Below the pieces are notes generated by a model. The model saw only the letters and a program-made list of their open reading frames with translations. It was not told the origin of the DNA and searched no databases. This document shows, one piece after another, positions 19,340-26,731 of a DNA stretch of 64,000 bases. The stretch's first letter is position 1, and each line of letters begins with the position of its first letter. The translations under genes were made by a program, and so were the position numbers. The stretch is taken from the NCBI GenBank assembly GCA_011526105.1, contig WYAZ01000099.1, positions 2,032-66,031 on the forward strand, written 5' to 3'. Origin of the DNA: Deltaproteobacteria bacterium (GTDB taxonomy: Bacteria; Myxococcota; Kuafuiibacteriia; Kuafuiibacteriales; Kuafuiibacteriaceae).

Positions 19340-19912
19340 TCAAAAACGAAATACCAGCGGTGCCGATGCGGCGGCACACGGCCTCGAGTCCGCGAAGGCG
19401 GCCATCGCAAGGGGCGTCACGAACAGCGCAGAGAGGGCCCAGAGCCCCACCGAGATGGGCAAAAACGCCGGCTCATCCGTCGCCTCGCGCAAGCCCATGC
19501 CGCCCGCGAAGAGCAGCCCGCCGGCCAGGACGCCCATGCCCGCGGCGGCACCCCACGCGTCGCTCGGCGGGTCGAGAGCGAGCGTGGAGCCCAGCGCGGA
19601 GCCAAACAGCAAGCCGCCAAGACCGACCGCCGCCGTGCCGTACCAGGCAGCCTCGCAACCACCCGGACCAACGCCTGCGTTACAGAAGACCAAAGGCAGG
19701 AGCAGACCGAGGAGCACACCGCCAGCCGCGCCGATGGGCGCTCCTATGAGCGCGCCCCCCAAGGTCTGACGATACGTGTCACCGAAGCTCTGCGACTCGG
19801 GCTCGCCGCACTGCGCGGACGCGAGCGAAGGTGTCGCGAGGGCTGCGATGAGAACGAGTGAGGTAGAACGACGCAAGGCTACGGGACCGAGTCGATTGGC
19901 TTCGCTGCGCAT
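19340..19912 (-). CDS. Hypothetical exported, Gly-rich membrane protein
   Basis: Signal peptide ending ASA; several glycine-zipper-like hydrophobic helices; C-terminal FRF. Confidence 0.6.
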   Translation of the reverse strand: MRSEANRLGPVALRRSTSLVLIAALATPSLASAQCGEPESQSFGDTYRQTLGGALIGAPIGAAGGVLLGLLLPLVFCNAGVGPGGCEAAWYGTAAVGLGGLLFGSALGSTLALDPPSDAWGAAAGMGVLAGGLLFAGGMGLREATDEPAFLPISVGLWALSALFVTPLAMAAFADSRPCAAASAPLVFRF

Positions 19913-19954
19913 CGTCGTTCCTCTCTTCCGTGTGTCGTCCAACGCGGTCCGAGC

Positions 19955-20176
19955 TCAGCCTTTCGCCGCCGTGCGGCGCGTGGTCTCGTACACGCTCTCG
20001 TAGGTCTTCGAGAGGTTTCCTCGAACGCCACTGGTCTGAACTGGGTTGCTCTCCTTCTCCAGAGCCTTGCGTGTTTGAAGCTTCACGAGCTCGTCGTGCG
20101 TCTTTTTGTTCGCGCTCGGGTTCACCGTTGGATCCGTCCAGAAGGGTTTGTGGTTGATGAAGTTTCTCACGGTCAT
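19955..20176 (-). CDS. Small basic hypothetical protein (73 aa)
   Basis: AAGGAG Shine-Dalgarno before ATG 20176. Confidence 0.6.
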   Translation of the reverse strand: MTVRNFINHKPFWTDPTVNPSANKKTHDELVKLQTRKALEKESNPVQTSGVRGNLSKTYESVYETTRRTAAKG

Positions 20177-20312
20177 GTTCTTCTCCTTGTGAAAGCTGAT
20201 CCGATTATCGCGATCCATTTGTCTTCGTTGCGCAGCAGGCTTCAGCGTGTTCTGCGTTACCCGCTCGTGATGCTCGCAAGAGCCACGATCGCCGCCGCGT
20301 GCCGACGCGGAA

Positions 20313-21194
20313 TTAAGTCGCACCGCTATCGGGCAGCGCTTGAAACCAGGTGCGCTTGCCGGCCGCCGCATCGGTACGCATCAGCTCGAGTGCTTCTCGC
20401 GCTGCCGCTGCATCGGGCCCCTTTAGAGAGTCCCAGTTGGCTTTGTACCAAGCCTCCACGTGGTCGGTCCAAAGCCCCGTCGGATCATCTCTGAGACGCG
20501 CGGACATTTTGTTGTTGAGAGGGAGGACCATCATCGTCAGCTGAGAGGGGTCGCTTGGGTGGGGTTGGGCGAAGTCTTTGAAGCCAGCCTTTTCATAGTG
20601 CGCACGCATGTCTGGGTCGACCTCGACCCAGAGCGCCCCCGCGTGATGCCGCGTCGCCATCTGCTTCATGAGACAGAGGCCCGCGGTGATGTCCTTGGAC
20701 TCCTGTCCCTTGCGCGGCATCTCGATCGCACTCAGGTAGTCGATCTGGAAGCCGGTCGGTCCGAGGTGCCATCCGGACGCGACGCCGAAGGGCTCGCTGG
20801 CGCCCCTATCTGATGCGGTCCTTATCTCGTATCGAGAGCTGCTGGCATACGCGACCTCCGCGCCGAGCGTCTCGGTGTGCACGCCCTTGTAGAGCTTCTG
20901 CAGTAGACCGTGAGCCACGGCGATCTCCGCCTCCGTCTTCAACGCGGGCGAGATCTGCACACCCACTTGGGCAATCAGCTTGTTGGCGGCGGCGACGGTG
21001 GACGGGACGCGACCGGCCGCGCTGGCTAGGCCCAGATCGGGAATGTGCCCCGCCGGCCCGCCGGCTCGGTCTAGAGCCACGCTCGAACGGTTCTGCAGGG
21101 TTGTCTGTTCAGACCCGACCGCCCTGGCTCGAACCGTCTCGAGAGCAACGGGAGGGAGGTGCCTATTTTCAGGTGCCTGGGCGACTCGACTCAT
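20313..21194 (-). CDS. GNAT-fold protein with disordered N-terminus
   Basis: GAGGAG Shine-Dalgarno; FQIDYLSA..RKGQ..AGLCLMKQ..LWVEVD..AHYEKAGF follows GNAT strand 4/motif A/motif B order. Confidence 0.55.
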   Translation of the reverse strand: MSRVAQAPENRHLPPVALETVRARAVGSEQTTLQNRSSVALDRAGGPAGHIPDLGLASAAGRVPSTVAAANKLIAQVGVQISPALKTEAEIAVAHGLLQKLYKGVHTETLGAEVAYASSSRYEIRTASDRGASEPFGVASGWHLGPTGFQIDYLSAIEMPRKGQESKDITAGLCLMKQMATRHHAGALWVEVDPDMRAHYEKAGFKDFAQPHPSDPSQLTMMVLPLNNKMSARLRDDPTGLWTDHVEAWYKANWDSLKGPDAAAAREALELMRTDAAAGKRTWFQALPDSGAT

Positions 21195-21421
21195 CTTGAA
21201 CTCCTCGGTGGGTTCCCACGGAGCAGTGAGAACTCATTCGGCCGAGCAACCAGCAAGCGCCATGCCGGCCTCAAAACGCGCTCGAGCACCCTCTTTTCGA
21301 CGCGGTGTGCCGCGCCGATCGGGTCCTGCGAGCGCCACTTCCGGATGTCGGAGGCTCCCGACCCAACTGAAACCGCGTGGCGCGGCGGCAGCTCATTTTG
21401 GGACCTCGGTCCGCTCTTGCA

Positions 21422-21844
21422 TCAGAAGTCGAGGAACGTCGTGTCCACCCCGAGCGCGTGATAGAGCGGACAATAGCCAGAGGCCGCGGTGGCCGCAGGC
21501 AGGACCGAAACGCCCATCAGGACCGCGTTTGCGGCATCACTGAAGTTGTTCGAGGCAAGACCATACACGGCGAGCCCAACGAGGGTGGCCGCGGCCACCC
21601 CCCGAAACACCCGCTCACCATCGCCGATGTTACGGGGTAGGCCGAAGACCGTGGTCTCGAGCTGAGTGACGGAGGTCTCGCTCGAACTCCCGAACACCAA
21701 TGCCGGCACGCGCGGCGCCAGGAATCCGGAAGAGAGCTGAAGGTTCAAGCCGTCCCCATCGGCTCGCGCAGCGAGTGGAGTCGCGGTGAGCATTCCTCCG
21801 AGCAGGAGCGCGGCAGCGAGGCGGACCGTGTTGTGCGTGTTCAT
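21422..21844 (-). CDS. DUF2892/YgaP-like membrane protein with N-terminal signal peptide
   Basis: RNIGDGERVFR...SGYCPLYHALGVDT; GAAAGG Shine-Dalgarno. Confidence 0.75.
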   Translation of the reverse strand: MNTHNTVRLAAALLLGGMLTATPLAARADGDGLNLQLSSGFLAPRVPALVFGSSSETSVTQLETTVFGLPRNIGDGERVFRGVAAATLVGLAVYGLASNNFSDAANAVLMGVSVLPAATAASGYCPLYHALGVDTTFLDF

Positions 21845-21965
21845 GATTCGTGTCCCTTTCCTGCGAAGGAGATGCGACAGAGAGGAGAAAGGATTCACCG
21901 CGAGGATGAGCACGCGCAACGGGGCTCGGACGCCGAGCGAGAGCCATGGTATGCAGGCGATCTCG

Positions 21966-22454
21966 ATGGCGCCGAGGATTCCCGATCCCAAACACTGGGG
22001 CCTGACCTTCGCGCTCGGCCTCCTCGCGGCGTGTGGCGCCGACTCGCGCCCCCTGACGGCCGACGCGAATGCCGTTGAATCCGACGGGGGTCTGACGGAG
22101 GACGCTGAGCTGATCGCGCCTGACGAAACGCCCGACCTAGGCGCGGCGGAGGTGTCGGACAACGATGCGGGTGCGAGTCGCGAGGAAGATGGTGGGGGTG
22201 ATACCGACGTCGAACGGGACGCTGGTTCGAGCGAGGACCTCGACCCCGTGCTGTTCGTCCACGGAATCAACGGTTCCAGCGCCGACTTCGCGGTGATGCT
22301 CCAACGTCTCGTCGATGATGGCTGGCCGGCCGACCACCTCTGGGCCATCACGTTTCCCGATCTGAACACCCCGCGGCGTACCAGGAGCTCCTTCGAGTCC
22401 TGTCCTATCCCAACCCCTGAGGAGAGGTGTTCGCTCCCATGCGGCGGAGGGTGA
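21966..22454 (+). pseudogene. Truncated lipase/alpha-beta hydrolase lipoprotein
   Basis: LLAAC lipobox, DA-rich linker, DPVLFVHGING lipase N-terminus; the ORF then degenerates and stops with no GxSxG nucleophile. Confidence 0.6.
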
Positions 22455-22521
22455 GCCGCGCTCTGGGATGATCGGCCTCGCGTTCCGCCGATAGAACAGG
22501 AAGCTCTGGATCTCGACTCAT
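22405..22521 (-). CDS. 38-aa Arg-rich peptide, candidate RiPP precursor
   Basis: MSRDPELPVLSAEREADHPRARLTLRRMGANTSPQGLG; purine-rich GAAAGGG upstream; shared 25-nt upstream motif; co-oriented downstream of the arginase. Confidence 0.35.
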   Translation of the reverse strand: MSRDPELPVLSAEREADHPRARLTLRRMGANTSPQGLG

Positions 22522-22665
22522 CGGAAGCTCGCCCTTTCGATGAGCTGGTGGTTTAGGCGTTTGAGTTTGCGGGGGAAAAGGCCCGAATTCGCGGGGAAGA
22601 AGGCCGCGGCGCACCGGGGTCGGGATCTGGGGCTGAAGACGGACGAACGTGGGCCTCGCACCGAC

Positions 22666-23871
22666 TCAGGCCTTCGCTTCGAGCCGTTCGGCGAGACCAC
22701 GCACGATGCCGTCCATCACCGACAGCACCACCTCGACCGCTACGCTCGAGGTCCCATCCGCGGGACCGAGCTCGGGACCGACCTCGACCACATCACACCC
22801 GATGATGTCGCGCTTCCTCGCGAGCTCGTGCGCCAGATCCTTGAGCTCGTGCGGAAAGAGCCCCCCGACCACCGGAGTGCCGGTGGAGGGCGCAAACGCG
22901 GGATCAACCACGTCGATGTCGATGCTCACGTAGTATGGGAGGTCTTCGGGGAGCGTCTCGAGGATCGCGCCGAGCCCATCCCGGCGGACTTGGTCCATGC
23001 CAAAGGCGTGGACGCGTTCGTCCTGGGTGTGGGCGCTGCCTTCGACGATTCCACGTAAACCGATCTGGACCAGTCGCTCCACGTACTCGAGCTTGTCGAG
23101 CACCACGCTGAAGACGTTGCCGTGATGGAGCTTGTCGACCCTGCTGTCGCCCAGATCTGTGTGGGCGTCGAAGTGGATGATGCCAAAACGCTCTGCGGGA
23201 AGCGCCCTCACCACCGCGTAGGTCACGGAGTGATCCCCGCCGATGACGATGGGAATGGAGCCACAGTCGACGAGCTCACCCACGACCTCGGACACCCGCG
23301 CGAAGGCGAGCTCCGGCGCCTCGCCCATCGGGAGACTGACATCTCCGGCGTCGGCCAGGGTCACGCCTTCGAGCACCGTCCGGCCGCGCGCGTGGTCATG
23401 GATGCCCATCGGCGTCAGCTTCTTGGGATCGAGCTGATAGTGCGCCGCCTCACCGCTGTTGCGAACCGCCACCGGCCCGAAGCGAGCACCGGCCCGGCCA
23501 GAGGTGTTGCGATCGAAGGGCACCCCGAGGAAGACAAAGGCGGGTGGAGCGGCGGGGTCGAAGCAAGGCGCACCGAACATCGTGGGACGGACCGGGACCC
23601 GGTTCGGGCGCAGGCCCTCGCCGTTCGGTCCGGCCGGAAGCAGCGCGAATGCGGCGACCGCGGCCTCGAGGAACTGCGAGGTGGCGGAGCGATCATACGG
23701 GAAGCGCTCGAGCATCGCGCTCGGGCTGGTCGGCGTCACGAACTGCTGCAGCAGGTTGAGTTGATACCGCGTCACACGAAGGCTCGAGGCCAGGCCGCTC
23801 ATGCGGAGCTCGAAGCCCTCGCCGTGCTCGACGATCTCGAGGCTCTCGTTCAGGACGTAGCGCTCCGCCAC
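22666..23871 (-). CDS. Arginase/agmatinase-family ureohydrolase with N-terminal wHTH (RRE-like) extension
   Basis: GVPFD, GARFGP, GGDHS, HFDAHTD, SIDIDVVDP, TGTPVVGG; ~85-aa N-terminal extension of three strands then three helices. Confidence 0.85.
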   Translation of the reverse strand: MAERYVLNESLEIVEHGEGFELRMSGLASSLRVTRYQLNLLQQFVTPTSPSAMLERFPYDRSATSQFLEAAVAAFALLPAGPNGEGLRPNRVPVRPTMFGAPCFDPAAPPAFVFLGVPFDRNTSGRAGARFGPVAVRNSGEAAHYQLDPKKLTPMGIHDHARGRTVLEGVTLADAGDVSLPMGEAPELAFARVSEVVGELVDCGSIPIVIGGDHSVTYAVVRALPAERFGIIHFDAHTDLGDSRVDKLHHGNVFSVVLDKLEYVERLVQIGLRGIVEGSAHTQDERVHAFGMDQVRRDGLGAILETLPEDLPYYVSIDIDVVDPAFAPSTGTPVVGGLFPHELKDLAHELARKRDIIGCDVVEVGPELGPADGTSSVAVEVVLSVMDGIVRGLAERLEAKA

Positions 23872-23902
23872 GCAGGCAGCCTAGCGCGCCTCGAAGTCGA
23901 GG

Positions 23903-24895
23903 TCACGACGGAGCACCGGCGAAAAGCTTGGCCAGCGCCTCATCCAGCGTGAACTGAGGTGCATAGCCCAGGTCGCGACGGGCGGCGTCGATGCGAAACC
24001 AGTGCGAGGTGGCGAGCTGGGCGGCGACGAAGCGGGTCATCTTCGGCTCGGCTTCGAGCCCCAAAGTCCGGTGCACGCCTTCGAGCACCGCGCCCGCAAA
24101 GGAGGCCACCCGATGCGACACCTGTCGCTGCACCTTCGGCGCCCCAGCACCTTCGAGCAGACGATCGATGAACGCCCAGAGCAACACCGGCTCCGGCTCA
24201 TTGATGAAGTACGCACGACCACCAGCGGGCGATTCTGCATCGGCGAGCGCGTCGAGCGCGCAAAGATGTGCGTGCGCGGCGTTCTCCACATAGGTGACAC
24301 TCACTTGGTTCGTGCCATCACCCACGCGCGCGAGTTGGCCGCGCTTGGCTCGCTCGACCAGCCGCGGCAACAAGTGCGGATCGCCGGGGCCAAAGACCAG
24401 ATGCGGGCGCAGCGCCACGGTGTGCAGCCGCCCGGGCTCGTGCGCGCCGAGGACCAGCCGTTCGGCCGCAGCCTTCGTCTCGGGGTACGCGGTCAAGTAG
24501 CGCTCGGGATAAGCGAGGCTCTCGTCGCCGGCTTCGATGGGCTCGTCGCCATACACGACGCTCGGTGTGCTCGTGTAGACCAGCCGGCGAACTGAGTGCG
24601 TCTTGCAGGCCGCGAGGATGTTCTCGGTCGCGACGAGGTTCGCGCGCCGATAGTCTTCGTGCGGCCCCCAGACCCCGGCCTTTGCCGCCACGTGAATGAC
24701 CGCCTCCATGCCAAGGACCGCTCGCGCCGCGATCTCGGGCTCGGCGAGATCACCCTGCACCGAAGTGGCGCCGAGCGCCTCGACCTCCGGATAGTGGCCG
24801 CGCGCCGCGATGCGGACTTGGTCCCCGCGGAGAAGAAGCCGCTCTGCGATGTGACGGCCGAGAAAACCGCCGCCGCCGGTGACGAGGACCTGCAT
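23903..24895 (-). CDS. oleD: 2-alkyl-3-oxoalkanoate reductase-like extended SDR (3-beta-HSD family)
   Basis: TGGGGFLG, HVAAKAGVWG, TSTPSVV, YPETK, LRPHLVFGPGD; oleABC lie 6.5 kb away. Confidence 0.85.
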   Translation of the reverse strand: MQVLVTGGGGFLGRHIAERLLLRGDQVRIAARGHYPEVEALGATSVQGDLAEPEIAARAVLGMEAVIHVAAKAGVWGPHEDYRRANLVATENILAACKTHSVRRLVYTSTPSVVYGDEPIEAGDESLAYPERYLTAYPETKAAAERLVLGAHEPGRLHTVALRPHLVFGPGDPHLLPRLVERAKRGQLARVGDGTNQVSVTYVENAAHAHLCALDALADAESPAGGRAYFINEPEPVLLWAFIDRLLEGAGAPKVQRQVSHRVASFAGAVLEGVHRTLGLEAEPKMTRFVAAQLATSHWFRIDAARRDLGYAPQFTLDEALAKLFAGAPS

Positions 24896-24953
24896 GCCGG
24901 GCGGAACGCTGCCAGGATTCCGAGCCTCAGCGCAAGCTCAGCCCGGCCTTTCG

Positions 24954-26714
24954 CTATTCCGCCGAGATCGGACGGGCTCCGCCCCCAACCCCGAGCTCTC
25001 CGTCGATGGGCGCAGCCTTGTAGCGAGGCACCTTCTGGATCAGCGAGAACCAGTTTCCGGTCATCGCGGCGTAGGTGATGCGCGCGGAGAACATGGAACC
25101 CGCGAAGCCGGCCGAGAACGGATCCTGACCCGTCAGATACAGACCCTTGATCTTGGTCTTGGGCCTCAGCCAGTGGGTGTGCTTCACGAATCGATCGCCG
25201 CTCGGTTCGAGCCCCAAAGAGCACGACTCCCACGCGCGTGGGTTGCAGCCCATCGGAACACCCGCGCGCCTGACCACCGGCGTCTTCCCCTCGAGCTGCG
25301 GCATGTGACGAAGCGCGATGCGCTCGAGGTTCTTGGCGATGTCCGCTTCGAGCTTCGCCTTGAACTCCGGGTCGGCCCAAGACTTCTGTGCCCAGGCATA
25401 AGGCGCCTCCGCCAACACAATCACCGTAGACTTTCCTGGGTAGCGTTCGCGATACACCGGATCGCGGGCGGAGGGGCTGAGCAGGTAGCCCCCCATCCCC
25501 TCGAGCCGCATGTTCCGCTTGTACTCGAGATCCGCGTTGTCGAGATCATAGGGTGCCACATCCGGATACTCGGGCATCTGCCAGAAGATCTGCTTCGGCA
25601 GCTCGATCTCCTCGTCGTAGCCGAGGAAGAGATACAGATGCGCCGGGCTCGGACGGATGTCATCGAACTTCTGGGCGTAGCCGTGTCGAACCGCGATCTC
25701 CCGATCGATGAGCTCCATGAAGGTCGTGTGCGCCGAGGCGTCGCTGATCACGAGCGGGCAACGGATCTCTTCTCCGCTCTCGAGCCTCACCCCTTGTACC
25801 CGGTTCCTCTCGATGAGGATCTGCTCCACCGCGCAGTTGACGGCGAGCTGGCCGCCCGCACGCTCGACGATCGGAACGACACACTCGGCGATCTGACCGG
25901 GCCCACCGACCGGGTAGTACGCACCGTCTCGATAGTGCATGAGGTTCGCCGCGTGAAACGAGAACGGAGCGTTCACCGGCGTTCGACCGTGATTGCCGTA
26001 CATGTAAGAGAAGACCGAAGCGAGCTTGGGCGAGAACCCGAGCTCGTTTTGAAAGACCTCGAGCACGGTACGGCCCATGTACTTGCGCCAGTCGCCGCCG
26101 AGCACGCGATAGAAGAGCTCGCGCAGCGCTTCCGGGACCCAGCCGGGGATCAGCTTGGTCACCGCCCAGGCCCACGCCCACCACTGGATGCTCTCCTCGA
26201 GGCGATAGTACTCGCGGATGTTGCCTTGACCCGGGAACCGACGCTCGACCCACTCGATGTTCTTCTCGGGCGAAGAGAACCACTCGTACACGTCCTCCCC
26301 GAAGGTGCAGACCTCGTGCACGTCCGGCATCTTCGCCCACTCGAGCGTGCCCTGCGTGATGAAGTCGATCGTCGGCCTAAACACGCCTCGGCCCACCCGT
26401 GGGTCCATGTCACCGATCGAGTCGATGCCGCTGTTCCACTCGAAGCCGTCGAGCTCGTGACAGTGTGTACACCCGCCGGGAATGGTGTTGGCCTCGAGCA
26501 GCAGCACGCGCATCTTCTTCTTCTGAGCGAGGATCGAAGCGATGCTCAGCCCGCCGATACCCGAACCGATGACAATGGCGTCCGGGTTCTGGAGCAGCTT
26601 GTGCGGCTTCTTGTACTTCTTGGTGGAGAGGTTGCGCTCACCGAGAAAGCGCGGACCCAGGTGCGGTCGCCCGGGGCTCCAGAATAGTTGGTTCGTCTCG
26701 TTCGGGTTGTTCAT
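24954..26714 (-). CDS. CrtI/retinol-saturase-like FAD oxidoreductase
   Basis: IGSGIGG dinucleotide-binding motif, YPVGG, C-terminal GLYLTGQD. Confidence 0.85.
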   Translation of the reverse strand: MNNPNETNQLFWSPGRPHLGPRFLGERNLSTKKYKKPHKLLQNPDAIVIGSGIGGLSIASILAQKKKMRVLLLEANTIPGGCTHCHELDGFEWNSGIDSIGDMDPRVGRGVFRPTIDFITQGTLEWAKMPDVHEVCTFGEDVYEWFSSPEKNIEWVERRFPGQGNIREYYRLEESIQWWAWAWAVTKLIPGWVPEALRELFYRVLGGDWRKYMGRTVLEVFQNELGFSPKLASVFSYMYGNHGRTPVNAPFSFHAANLMHYRDGAYYPVGGPGQIAECVVPIVERAGGQLAVNCAVEQILIERNRVQGVRLESGEEIRCPLVISDASAHTTFMELIDREIAVRHGYAQKFDDIRPSPAHLYLFLGYDEEIELPKQIFWQMPEYPDVAPYDLDNADLEYKRNMRLEGMGGYLLSPSARDPVYRERYPGKSTVIVLAEAPYAWAQKSWADPEFKAKLEADIAKNLERIALRHMPQLEGKTPVVRRAGVPMGCNPRAWESCSLGLEPSGDRFVKHTHWLRPKTKIKGLYLTGQDPFSAGFAGSMFSARITYAAMTGNWFSLIQKVPRYKAAPIDGELGVGGGARPISAE

Positions 26715-26731
26715 GGGGTCGCGTACCGTGC

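Noticed and set aside
22365-22660. IS element remnant at the lipase truncation
   Set aside because: No recognisable transposase motif, terminal inverted repeats or target-site duplication found by eye
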